Below, piece after piece: positions 1 through 10,076 of a DNA stretch of 64,000 nt. Source of the stretch: Promethearchaeota archaeon (GTDB taxonomy: Archaea > Asgardarchaeota > Heimdallarchaeia > Hodarchaeales > Hodarchaeaceae); contig JBHLMN010000001.1 in the NCBI GenBank assembly GCA_048938105.1, positions 32,001 to 96,000 of the forward strand. The letters run 5' to 3'. Position 1 is the first letter of the stretch. Each line of letters starts with the position of its first letter. Position numbers and translations under genes: made by a program. The notes beneath the pieces were generated by a model, which worked only from the letters and a program-made list of their open reading frames with translations, made no database searches and was not told the origin of the DNA.

Positions 1-876
1 GATAGTTGCATTGAAGTACTTGAGACTGTACTCCAACATCGGGGACCATATGGATTCTGGAACGAATGGGTTGGTTATTCTGAAGGACGAACTGATCTTG
101 GTGATATGACTAGTTCGGGATTCATTGGATTCACTCCCAAAAAGTGGCTTAAATACGCAGAACCAGAAGTACTGAAATATATTTACCTTAAAACACCTCC
201 AAAAAGACGAATCGTCTTGGGATTAGACAAAATTCCGAGCTATATAGCTGAATATGACAAAGCTCAGCGAATTTATCACGAATTAGAACCATTTAATGAA
301 ACTACAGAACTACAAGCTATTAGAAGAAGTTATGAAATTGTTTTTTACAACGATACTCCTCAATATCGTGGATTTCAACTTGACTACTCTCACGCAATAA
401 TTTTATCACAATTAGTTCCTGATTCACTGGAAGGGACAAAACAAGCAATTCATAAACTACAGGCTACTGAAATTCTAACATCACCGCTTACTAAAGAAAT
501 AAAAGTACATATCCATGAACGACTATCTAAAGCGCGAAGTTGGGTTCTAGATTATGCACCACCCCACCTTCGGATACAGATCCCTGATCATATCTCAAAT
601 ACAATAATTGATAAAATAGATAAAAAAACATGTAATTTTGTTCTAGATCTAGCCTCAGAGCTAGCCTTAACGAAATGGACTGAGGAGGAAATCAAGCGAA
701 AAATGATTTCTTTTCGGGGAAAAGCAGCCCTATCTCGGAAAGAAATGTCGGGACTCTTTCAAGCACTGTATCAGATTCTTCTAGGGAGTTCCCAAGGTCC
801 GCGTTTTGCACCATTCATAGCTGCACTTGATAAGGAATGGGTAATAGACCGATTAAGAGAGATTCAAAAGCCCTAA
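1..876 (+). CDS. lysS: Class I lysyl-tRNA synthetase, C-terminal part (5'-truncated by the window edge)
   Basis: Frame is open from base 1 (DSCIEVLE...GFWNEWVG...GDMTSSG, a KMSKS-like motif). It continues with TPKKWLKYAEPEVLKY and ends in the anticodon-domain motif LYQILLGSSQGPRF. Confidence 0.9.
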   Translation, partial: DSCIEVLETVLQHRGPYGFWNEWVGYSEGRTDLGDMTSSGFIGFTPKKWLKYAEPEVLKYIYLKTPPKRRIVLGLDKIPSYIAEYDKAQRIYHELEPFNETTELQAIRRSYEIVFYNDTPQYRGFQLDYSHAIILSQLVPDSLEGTKQAIHKLQATEILTSPLTKEIKVHIHERLSKARSWVLDYAPPHLRIQIPDHISNTIIDKIDKKTCNFVLDLASELALTKWTEEEIKRKMISFRGKAALSRKEMSGLFQALYQILLGSSQGPRFAPFIAALDKEWVIDRLREIQKP

Positions 877-889
877 TTGGAGATATTCT

Positions 890-1429
890 ATGAAATCTAA
901 CCCCGAAGATCCGAATACTCCCTCATCCCTCTCAGAAAGTAATAATCCATGGAATATTATCATTGGTGTCGTACTAGCACCTTTGAGCAGCTTTCTCATT
1001 GTATTTTGCTTTACTACTGTAATAAATTTCATCCACAATATAGACATTAATGTACTAAATGAATTTCCATTTCTAATGCCATACATCAAATCGCAAACAG
1101 CAATAATTTGGCCTATAGCAATATACGCAGGAGGGATAATAGGAGGAATAATTGGAGGACTCTTAGCATATTGGGAAATAACAATGAAATTGAGGAAAAA
1201 TAGCCCTTTAAAACCAGTTCCCCTTTTTTCTTCAGATATTTTTTATCTAGGATTGTTAATAATATTGACTTATGTATTAGAATTACTTTCAGAGAGTGTA
1301 ATTCTCCAAGGTCTTCTATTTATACTGGAAATTGCCCTTTTCACTGTTATTGGACGATACATTAGCAGAATGGCTGTGAGTATTTCTGAAACTTCAGTGA
1401 ATTCCAATATTACAGATGTGGAGCCATAA
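890..1429 (+). CDS. Hypothetical membrane protein (about 4 TM helices)
   Basis: Four hydrophobic segments; GGAG Shine-Dalgarno-like sequence upstream; 13 bp after lysS. Confidence 0.7.
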   Translation: MKSNPEDPNTPSSLSESNNPWNIIIGVVLAPLSSFLIVFCFTTVINFIHNIDINVLNEFPFLMPYIKSQTAIIWPIAIYAGGIIGGIIGGLLAYWEITMKLRKNSPLKPVPLFSSDIFYLGLLIILTYVLELLSESVILQGLLFILEIALFTVIGRYISRMAVSISETSVNSNITDVEP

Positions 1430-1589
1430 CGTTAGAGTAAAGCTAGAGTAATAGATCATTCCATATTACAACCAAACACTTTTTTAGAAGTAAGTTGTAA
1501 TACATAGGATCAAAGGCAGTGGACTGTTAGCTTCGAACTCCATTTAAGATGAAACTGGCATTCAAAATTGACCCTGGGTATGGATCAAA

Positions 1590-1994
1590 TTGCAATTTAG
1601 AACCTTTGGTTGGATAGCTCGGCAAAATCCAGACATCCGTATGACAAAAAACAAGATTGAAGACAATAAAAAATTCACATTTCCCGAGCTGTCTGATAAA
1701 AAGATTCAAGTGGCAGTTAAGGATCGAAAGACTTGGTTTAAAAAGGGGGAATTATGGCCAACAATAATTCTTGTCGAGAAGGGATGGGATAAAACTGGCA
1801 CTATAAAGAAAGAAGACGCTTACATCAGAATATTTAGGCATGAGGATGGCGCTATTCTTGATATATTGGTCGGCGAAAGTCTCGATGATGGAACTCTTCT
1901 CGCCGTCGACTACGAGGTACCTTTATTTAGTGTGACTTGTTCACGAAAAGGAACACGAGGTACGGTACAACGGATTCACCTAGATATCATCTGA
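1590..1994 (+). CDS. Hypothetical protein (start may be ATG at 1641)
   Basis: Only long ORF in the gap, with protein-like composition; no family recognised. Confidence 0.55.
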   Translation: MQFRTFGWIARQNPDIRMTKNKIEDNKKFTFPELSDKKIQVAVKDRKTWFKKGELWPTIILVEKGWDKTGTIKKEDAYIRIFRHEDGAILDILVGESLDDGTLLAVDYEVPLFSVTCSRKGTRGTVQRIHLDII

Positions 1995-2070
1995 TAGAAA
2001 CTGTTTCCTCTATAATAAGACTTTTTGGTCTGGTATTACCTTTTTAACATCACTATTAGAACATCAAACC

Positions 2071-2337
2071 TCACTCTTCTGAAGACTCATCTTTATGAAG
2101 AAGAAAGGTGAACTTGGTAATGGTAGACATATTTCGTACTCTTCCCTCAGAATCAAGATAGAGTAGTCGAGCATGTGATTGTTCATCATCGATTCCATGT
2201 AAATCAAGAAATAGATCTAAACCCGTCACATCAGGTTGAAGTTGGTTCGCTGGAATACCAAGCGCCAAAGTCTTTTTACAGATAGAGCAAGGTTCAGTTC
2301 GAAGTCTCATAAGGCTAGACAACTTTATACCCTTCAA
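2071..2337 (-). CDS. Small putative Zn-binding protein (CxxC...H...H); last gene of the giant-protein operon
   Basis: CSIC, DLHG, HARLLYLDSEGRVR; co-oriented, 35 bp downstream of the 1025-aa gene; start may be ATG at 2310. Confidence 0.65.
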   Translation of the reverse strand: MKGIKLSSLMRLRTEPCSICKKTLALGIPANQLQPDVTGLDLFLDLHGIDDEQSHARLLYLDSEGRVRNMSTITKFTFLLHKDESSEE

Positions 2338-2372
2338 TCTATAGTATCATAAGGAAATTCTAGCTAGAAATC

Positions 2373-5300
2373 TTAATCATTCTCAGAGGTACTTTTGGAG
2401 GGGTCAGTTTCATCAGCTTCATCTTTGTCAGAGTCATCATCAGGAAAATCTAAGAATTCAGACTCAAAATCACCCATAATCTCTTCTGAAATCTCATCTG
2501 TCTCTATTTCAATCTCATCTAAAACCTCTAAAGTCCCTGAAATAAACAATCGGAATTCTTGGGCCTTTCTAAGAATAGTATCCTTATCCTCACCAGAACA
2601 GATGAGATCTTTCAACTCTATAATACCATCTTTAATCTCTTCTTGGAAATTATTCGCAGTTTCACCCCACTTTTCACGCATCACCAACATTAACAACAAG
2701 ATGCCTTGTCCACCACCAACAGGCACTTGGTCAAGAGTTAATGCTGATAACCATTGTTGGGGAAGAGTCGAAACAGGATACGCAAATGTAATGGCAGAGC
2801 ATCCAATTTCTTCAATCTTAAAGTCAACAAATGTCACTTGATCTTGAGGTCGGGTTTGCATGATAAAAGCAACATTGTTGTTCGCTTTATCAGTGAGCTC
2901 TTTCAAATACTGATAAAAATGCCCTATTAGTTGGGGTTCCCACATTAAAATGCTAGAAACACCTTCCCTCTGACCGTAAGCTGCTATAAAACCAAACATA
3001 GCCTCTTCTCCAAGATAAGCTAATCGTTCACTCCGACCAAGGGCAGCTTCGAAGCGTCTTCTGCGAAGAGCCTTCAATCGCTGTGATTGAGCGACTTTAA
3101 TTGCTGTGAAAACACTCACGAAAGCTGTTACTATGATAATTTCCATGATTAATAATCCAAGAAAAGTACTAAAAAAGATTTTAGTGGTATATTTACCAAT
3201 AGGTCGATTTTCCTCATTAATTTCATTACCTTCATTATCTACTGCATATACTCTAAATTGAATTTGTTCATTACCCAGCCATCCTGTATAAATTTTTGCA
3301 ATATAGCGATTTCCTTCTTGAGTCATATTTATACGGTTTGTCCATCCATCTTTAGTTCTCTTCTCGAGTATAACTGATTCAATACCACTTCCTAAATCAC
3401 TCGCTTGAACCCGAACTTGTAATAAACCAGGTTGAGAGTATTCTAAGTTTTCAATTCTAACTTTAGGTGCTAATTCATCACGTACTACATAATAATAAGT
3501 CTCGCTATATTCATTAGGATCAGGTGTAGCTTTATCTCGTACAACAACAGTAATTGAATAATTCTCATAGTCCTCGCTAAATGGTAATTGTAATGCTGCT
3601 ACTCCAGCAATTTTACCTAGAACATAAAGACCAGGAGTGGTTGTGTTCTTAAGCAGGACATGAGAATAAGCTTCAAAAATTGAACCATTTTCATAACGAA
3701 CAACGAGATACACCTCGTCAATTTCACCAAAGGGATCTGATGCTCTGACTGTAACATGGGTTCTTTCTTCAACTGTTGAGTTCGGTGTTATTGTGACCAT
3801 ATGAATTTCAGGTAATACTTCATCAGTAACAGCCACAATCCTAACTCCAGGATAAAAATCTGAATTGCCAGCCACAGTATCATTAAAAGATATCCCAAAT
3901 TCAACAGTCTTTCCATAAAATTGACTAATATTAAGGGTGAAAATAGCTTGATAATCTGTTCCACTACCAGTAATACTTATGGGATCTTGAATTTCCCCGT
4001 CAATTGTATAATTAAGTACTAAGGTATCGATTCCATAGCCCCAGTCAGTTATATTAACACTAATGGTTATAAGACCAGTTCCAGTTTGATTGATGACCGT
4101 ACTTTCAATTACAGGAGGACTATAATCTCCAATAATTGTACTCTGAATTTCTGATACAAAACTATTATTTGCATAATCAAATGTGACAAAATAAAATGTG
4201 ATCTCATCACTGAAATTGAAGGGGGTGAAAAATTGCCACTTTGTTTGAATATACCCTGCATTAGTGACATAACTAGGTGGTAGATAATTCAGACTAGAAT
4301 TCAATGTTTTGTTGTATTCAACCCCACTCTGGTTATAGAAAACGGTGACATTTTTTATTGAGCTTTCCCATGTACCTTCAGAGAAATTAGCCCAGAATTC
4401 AAAAATAGAAATATTATTAGTTCTATCAAGGCCCATATCAAGGGGTTGAGGTGGATTATTATCAGGAATGTCGGTTATACCTATAATCCGAATTTCATCA
4501 AACCAAACATCAAAATACTCATTCCAAAACTCTCTCGTGTTTAAATATGCCCCTAGTTCAAGTGTAAAGTTTGATGACTCGGGGTTAACTTGAAAACTAT
4601 ACTTGAAGGTATACCATTCTTCATCTTGAGTAATATTTGATCCCACTCGATAAAAAACAGTCCCATTGGGATTTGTTTCACTGATCGGGTTTCCCACCCA
4701 AAAGGATTTATCGGAATCCATAGGATGTTCTATTCTGCAACGAATCTCTTGAAAATCAGGAGTTCCATCCCTAACAATGACTTTATCACCGTATATAAAT
4801 TCATCGTAATCATCGAAACCGCCATTGGGGGTATCAAAACGCCATTTAAAGCTGATATTAATCATTTTGTATGTGTTTTGAATTGGAAAGTCAGCTTGCC
4901 ACCCTGCGGAAATATTTGATAAACGATACTCAACTAAATCCTCTACTGCTGAAGATTCGTTCTTTATTCCGTAATCATTCCCATTATTTCCTATTCTAGT
5001 GAACAATGAGGCTCCCTGTCCATTACCTGCAGTATTGTAAGGATCAATTAGACAATTTTCATACAAAGAAGAATCATATGAATCTGTACCTAGTAAATCG
5101 GCCCAAATTTTATTTTCATAACTGAAAGAGGTATCCTGTTCATCTAAAGTCTCATATAATAACACATCATACTGTTGTTGAATAGAAAATCGTGGTACAT
5201 GATCCCCTGAATTTAGTTCTCTGTACTGGGAATTGATGGAGTTCACATCAACTAGGGACTCCTGTTCAAAAGGAGAAATTGGAGTCAAAATGGACTTATC

Positions 5301-5450
5301 AGACATTATAAAAGATTCACTTTTTAATCCAGGTAGATTCCTATCTTGAAAGACATAAACCAAACCTGTGTTTGAATTAATCGTGTACATTAAACTTCCA
5401 ATATTCAATATCAGAGCAGTTAATACAATAATATGTCTGTACCTTACCAT
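2373..5450 (-). CDS. Surface/membrane protein: signal, beta-sandwich, Ig-like repeats, TM, degenerate cytoplasmic longin/uDENN-like domain, acidic tail
   Basis: Hydrophobic N-terminus; D-x-x-G-N and D-x-x-x-P repeat motifs; TM FLGLLIMEIIIVTAFVSVFTAI; cytoplasmic part aligns by eye with the two upstream paralogues (ILMWEP vs VIWEP; LLMLVMREKWG vs IVLLLRKEWG). Confidence 0.85.
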   Translation of the reverse strand: MVRYRHIIVLTALILNIGSLMYTINSNTGLVYVFQDRNLPGLKSESFIMSDKSILTPISPFEQESLVDVNSINSQYRELNSGDHVPRFSIQQQYDVLLYETLDEQDTSFSYENKIWADLLGTDSYDSSLYENCLIDPYNTAGNGQGASLFTRIGNNGNDYGIKNESSAVEDLVEYRLSNISAGWQADFPIQNTYKMINISFKWRFDTPNGGFDDYDEFIYGDKVIVRDGTPDFQEIRCRIEHPMDSDKSFWVGNPISETNPNGTVFYRVGSNITQDEEWYTFKYSFQVNPESSNFTLELGAYLNTREFWNEYFDVWFDEIRIIGITDIPDNNPPQPLDMGLDRTNNISIFEFWANFSEGTWESSIKNVTVFYNQSGVEYNKTLNSSLNYLPPSYVTNAGYIQTKWQFFTPFNFSDEITFYFVTFDYANNSFVSEIQSTIIGDYSPPVIESTVINQTGTGLITISVNITDWGYGIDTLVLNYTIDGEIQDPISITGSGTDYQAIFTLNISQFYGKTVEFGISFNDTVAGNSDFYPGVRIVAVTDEVLPEIHMVTITPNSTVEERTHVTVRASDPFGEIDEVYLVVRYENGSIFEAYSHVLLKNTTTPGLYVLGKIAGVAALQLPFSEDYENYSITVVVRDKATPDPNEYSETYYYVVRDELAPKVRIENLEYSQPGLLQVRVQASDLGSGIESVILEKRTKDGWTNRINMTQEGNRYIAKIYTGWLGNEQIQFRVYAVDNEGNEINEENRPIGKYTTKIFFSTFLGLLIMEIIIVTAFVSVFTAIKVAQSQRLKALRRRRFEAALGRSERLAYLGEEAMFGFIAAYGQREGVSSILMWEPQLIGHFYQYLKELTDKANNNVAFIMQTRPQDQVTFVDFKIEEIGCSAITFAYPVSTLPQQWLSALTLDQVPVGGGQGILLLMLVMREKWGETANNFQEEIKDGIIELKDLICSGEDKDTILRKAQEFRLFISGTLEVLDEIEIETDEISEEIMGDFESEFLDFPDDDSDKDEADETDPSKSTSEND

Positions 5451-5453
5451 TTT

Positions 5454-8400
5454 TCATTCCACCATAGAATCTGACTCATAATCAATACCTGTATAGAGTT
5501 TATTAAATGAAATCATCAGTCTTGATACAAATTCTCGGAGCTGACGAGCATTTTTCTCAATTTGAGATGAAGATTGTTGACTTTCAACCATCTTACGAAT
5601 TTCACGTAATTTTTCCAGTAATTCATCTTGGAAAACCAATAAATAATCTCCCCACTCTTTCCTCAATAAGAGAACGATTGTTAGATTTTCTTTACCCCCA
5701 CGGGCTTCAGGATTGGGAACAGCAAACGAATATCCCAGAGCAGTACACTCATAACTTCCAGTGGAGAAATCAAAAGTACCACTTCTTTCTGCTTCCTCCA
5801 GCCTTACAAATTCAAGGGTCGAGAAGGATTTATCCGATAAGTCAAGCATTATTTGTTCTTGATCCTCAAGAAGGGGGGGTTCCCAAATAACAGGAACAGG
5901 GCCTTGGATTTGGTCAAAGAAATTGACAGTAACCCCTAATGCAAATTCATCCATTTGAGTGAGAATCACTTCTCGAGAGATCTTTTCACTTTCGTCCAAT
6001 ATCTTTTTCATATCATAACCAACTGTTTTAGAAGTGATTCTAATACCCACGATGATCATTACAACCAAAACTATACCAATAGCGAGAATAACAAAGGGAT
6101 TGATGATTAGAGGGGGAAGTTCAAAATCGCTATCCACCTTCCAAATATCCTTAAGTTCTTGTGGATTATAATCTCCGACATTTCCCACCTTGTCAACAGC
6201 AATAATACTAATTCCATACGATTTTGATCCAATAATATTATCAAACTCTATTTTTGATGAAATAACAGCAGAATATGTGGTTATTGATGAAATCAGCTGC
6301 GCTCCTGTACCTCCAATCTGTGTAAGATTAATTGATTGTGATCCAATTTTTAAGATTATATAGTCTACACCAAGACCTGCTTCTTCAACTTTCACTGTAA
6401 TCCTTATTTTTCTATCAACTGTAATCTCGTAAGTAATCTGGTGTATTCTTGGAGCAACACAATCCTCAATTTCTTCTTCTACTGAGTATGATTTCGTATT
6501 TCCGGCATTATCTGTAACGATAACAGTAAAATGATACATTTCAAAAACAGTGAGATTACCTTGCCATGAAAACCGTAATTCATCACGTTTATTTTCTAGA
6601 ACTCCTATGAGCTCCATATTAATTATCTGTGTCACATTATTTCGGTCTGTAATAACTAGCTGAACAGAATTTTCATTCAGCCCAGACCAAGTACTATCTC
6701 TGGCTACAACAGTGATACTCATGTTACCCTCTCTTATTTTTGTAGGATCTTTAGAATTGTATATAGTTAAGTAAGTTACATTGATTTTCTTGCCTTCTTG
6801 TTCAATGAACTGCGGTTTAAAAGGATCATAATTAGCTGTAATGTTAAATGAAATAATTTTAGAGTGAAACTTTTGTATCGACTGACTAACCTTATCAAAA
6901 TTAGTTCCTGTATCGGTGACATTTACCTGAAAAAGGAGAGTATCATTGAAATCAAATTGAAAGAAATCTTCATTACCCACCCACTCTTCTATCGATTGAT
7001 CATACGAATATGTATAAATATAACGAGATCCTCCAGAAGGTAACTGATAATACGTTGGGGGTCTAGGAAAATATTGTTGAACCGATGAACGAGCATCAAA
7101 TAATTCGACAGATTCAATCCCACTCCCTATCCAAGTTTCACTATCATCTGTTACATCGATAATAATTAATATTGTTCCATTTCCTAGTTCATAAGTGAAG
7201 AGTTCCATAATCCTGGGCTGCTGATCATCAATCCAGAATATTTCTAACCAGTCTTCCTTAGGTTCTGCGTCTGGAATATCTAACCATTGATACCATTGTT
7301 CAAATTGAGTTAGTCCAGTTGCTAAATCAGTCATACTTATAACTTCAATATACTGATACGCAGTCTTTAGACTAAATATGGAGAACTCAGTCCATGAAAT
7401 ATTTGTATATATTGAGCCATTCAGAGAAATGTCGAATCTTATCTTTGATGGGTCAATAGGAATCTCGAAATCAACAAATTCTTTGATGTCAACAGGGATA
7501 CTTTTTAATACTTTATATTCCAATGAAACAGAGATATTTGCCCAGCTACCATGAGGATGTTTTTGGTTTGCTACTAATGTAATTATTATTCTGTCCCACA
7601 ATATGCGTACATCATTTGAATCAGAGTTTGCAATCGAGAAAATTCCAAAACTAGGATCTGAATTTATTTTTAAAACCCGGAATCGAACAGCACGATATGC
7701 TTCAGTTCGATTCCCCTCCCAAGGAGCAATTCCTGCGGTAAACTCAAGAAGATGTGACTCCTGTTTTGTGAAATCATGAAGCGAGGCTGTTCCATTAAAA
7801 GGTGCATTATCATATGTATGGTAAGCATAACAGTATAACGTAGCATTTTGCCCAAAATTCGCAAAAAAGAGTCTAGTACCCCAATCCTGACTTGTTACAT
7901 TCTTTTCGGGGTCATAGGAGTCAGAAAAGGTGAAAACAATATCATCCCAAACAATATCCACAAAGACGATTCGATCGTCAGGTTTGTCATCTATCACATT
8001 CGTAAATTTCGTAATCCCAAATGATGCGTCCTCAATTCGTACAATATAATATCTATAACTGTCAGAACCAGTTTTAACTAACCCTAGCCAACTTCCATCT
8101 CCATCTTCCATATTAATATACTTTTGAATCCCAGATTCAAAGTCTTTAGCAATGATATATCCATTGAAATTGGAATAATCATGCTTCCAATAGGCATTAA
8201 AATTCATATCTACCTCTTTTCCTATTCCAACTCTGGCATCAGAAGGAATCATTTCAATAATTAAATATGTCCAAATAATAGTTAAATTAAAACTTGCCGA
8301 TTCTGCAGTTTTATTTACAAAGAGATATCCTTGAGGATCTATGGGAGACCCACTAATAATTCTACATTCAAAAGATACAGGTTCTGGTAAGTGATGAGAG

Positions 8401-10076
8401 TAAAACAAGAAAAACTTCCCATCTGAATTTATATCCCAACTTGTTCCATCAGTTATATTTTCCCACAAATTCTCTCCAAATCGATACGATATTTGGGCAC
8501 CTTTAGCAGGAGATCTATCAGATTCGTAAAGAACTGACAATGTTAGTGACCAATTTTCATGGATATCTACACCTAATGCTTTTGGTTCAGGATCAGATTT
8601 GGTACCTGTGTCCACACCGTCTTCGTATGTATAGTCATACAATAATTGATCCCAATAAATTACAACTTTAGAGGGATTCTCCATTTGAGAAGATTGATGG
8701 CCTTTCACATATATTAATAAGTCATAACGACCTCCTGCAGTAGTAGCATTAAGAGTCAGGGTTCCGGTACCATCAGCTTCTGATGTATCGGATAGTACTG
8801 CAAAAATATTTTCAGGTTGATTTGGATCTTGAAACCCTATCTCTTGAAGTGATGATTCATTCAATTGTGTAACATTATTGAAGACATAATAGCTAATTGT
8901 TAGGGTATCCCCAACATTTAACCGAAATATCACTTCATCTTGGCTATCGTTTGTCAATTCCTCATGCTTTCGCGCGGGGTATGATCCTACAGCTATTTCA
9001 TCAAGGATCACAAGTAACACGGTTCCTCTAGCTTCGAAATAATCTATTAAACCATAATCAGTAATTCCACGTGGTGATGTAATGGATACTGATAGATTAT
9101 GAAGACCATCAATAAATTTTGAAGCAAGAGTGGCAGTCATTAAGACAGTAAAAAGCCATTGTCCTGGAGTACTATTGTCTCCGAGAAATTCCTTAAAAAT
9201 TAGTTGCCCACTCACTCCTAATTGGGTGTTGAAGATGGTTACATTTGGATTTTGAGGAAGATATGAAACTGATTGAGTATTTTCATATACAGATATTGTT
9301 ATGTTAAAAGATTGATTTCCATCAATCTTATTGTTAAATTGTTGTGGTTCGGGGGCACCTACAAATGAAACTTTTAAATCCACCATCGGGAGAAGAACGG
9401 AATCATTTGAATTAGTACCAGAAACACTCGTATAGATATGTAATTTGTAATCCCCTAATTCAAGCTGAGAGAGAACAGTATTATTCAACTCAAATAAGAG
9501 CGAGTACCTGGCACTTGACATAGGTGTCCAATCTAAATACGAATCATTCGTAATTCGATAAAAATTAGGTTCACCAGTACGTTTGAGCGTTAAATTTTGG
9601 ATAGCTTCATCAGGGCTACTAAGCCACGGTGCATCAGTTATAGTAAAATTCAGTAGGATAGTCATACGAGATCTATTGATTTCCATTGCTTTTGGATAAT
9701 AATCGGTTATATTAACATCATATTGTGCACTAATCTTGAATGTAGGCGGTTTCAAATTATCAGGAACAGAAGGGAATGAGATGGAATTATTCTTTTCATC
9801 AAAGATATTATCTTCAGTCAGAGAACATGAGGAACATTTAATCTTAGAGGAGGTGAACACAGTATTAACTGAAGATGAGAAAGACATGAGTCTTATATCT
9901 TCATGAGAACGGTGAATGTTATTATAATTATCACGGGTCTGATCTATTTGTTTAGTAAAAGCTGTGTAATAATATTCTGATACGAATGAAATGATAAGTA
10001 TTCCTAATAATAAAAGTACATTGATATACTTAGGAGTAATAGATTTTGTCTTCATTTTTGATCCTCCTTTCAACAT
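5454..10076 (-). CDS. Surface/membrane protein: Ig-like ectodomain, TM, cytoplasmic longin/uDENN-like domain with ARG motif
   Basis: Signal-like N-terminus; TM PFVILAIGIVLVVMIIVGI; NFFDQIQGPVP and FAVPNPEARGG. The ATG at 10076 overlaps the upstream stop (TAATG); the ATG at 10055 follows AAGGAGGA and is a likely true start. Confidence 0.88.
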   Translation of the reverse strand: MLKGGSKMKTKSITPKYINVLLLLGILIISFVSEYYYTAFTKQIDQTRDNYNNIHRSHEDIRLMSFSSSVNTVFTSSKIKCSSCSLTEDNIFDEKNNSISFPSVPDNLKPPTFKISAQYDVNITDYYPKAMEINRSRMTILLNFTITDAPWLSSPDEAIQNLTLKRTGEPNFYRITNDSYLDWTPMSSARYSLLFELNNTVLSQLELGDYKLHIYTSVSGTNSNDSVLLPMVDLKVSFVGAPEPQQFNNKIDGNQSFNITISVYENTQSVSYLPQNPNVTIFNTQLGVSGQLIFKEFLGDNSTPGQWLFTVLMTATLASKFIDGLHNLSVSITSPRGITDYGLIDYFEARGTVLLVILDEIAVGSYPARKHEELTNDSQDEVIFRLNVGDTLTISYYVFNNVTQLNESSLQEIGFQDPNQPENIFAVLSDTSEADGTGTLTLNATTAGGRYDLLIYVKGHQSSQMENPSKVVIYWDQLLYDYTYEDGVDTGTKSDPEPKALGVDIHENWSLTLSVLYESDRSPAKGAQISYRFGENLWENITDGTSWDINSDGKFFLFYSHHLPEPVSFECRIISGSPIDPQGYLFVNKTAESASFNLTIIWTYLIIEMIPSDARVGIGKEVDMNFNAYWKHDYSNFNGYIIAKDFESGIQKYINMEDGDGSWLGLVKTGSDSYRYYIVRIEDASFGITKFTNVIDDKPDDRIVFVDIVWDDIVFTFSDSYDPEKNVTSQDWGTRLFFANFGQNATLYCYAYHTYDNAPFNGTASLHDFTKQESHLLEFTAGIAPWEGNRTEAYRAVRFRVLKINSDPSFGIFSIANSDSNDVRILWDRIIITLVANQKHPHGSWANISVSLEYKVLKSIPVDIKEFVDFEIPIDPSKIRFDISLNGSIYTNISWTEFSIFSLKTAYQYIEVISMTDLATGLTQFEQWYQWLDIPDAEPKEDWLEIFWIDDQQPRIMELFTYELGNGTILIIIDVTDDSETWIGSGIESVELFDARSSVQQYFPRPPTYYQLPSGGSRYIYTYSYDQSIEEWVGNEDFFQFDFNDTLLFQVNVTDTGTNFDKVSQSIQKFHSKIISFNITANYDPFKPQFIEQEGKKINVTYLTIYNSKDPTKIREGNMSITVVARDSTWSGLNENSVQLVITDRNNVTQIINMELIGVLENKRDELRFSWQGNLTVFEMYHFTVIVTDNAGNTKSYSVEEEIEDCVAPRIHQITYEITVDRKIRITVKVEEAGLGVDYIILKIGSQSINLTQIGGTGAQLISSITTYSAVISSKIEFDNIIGSKSYGISIIAVDKVGNVGDYNPQELKDIWKVDSDFELPPLIINPFVILAIGIVLVVMIIVGIRITSKTVGYDMKKILDESEKISREVILTQMDEFALGVTVNFFDQIQGPVPVIWEPPLLEDQEQIMLDLSDKSFSTLEFVRLEEAERSGTFDFSTGSYECTALGYSFAVPNPEARGGKENLTIVLLLRKEWGDYLLVFQDELLEKLREIRKMVESQQSSSQIEKNARQLREFVSRLMISFNKLYTGIDYESDSMVE

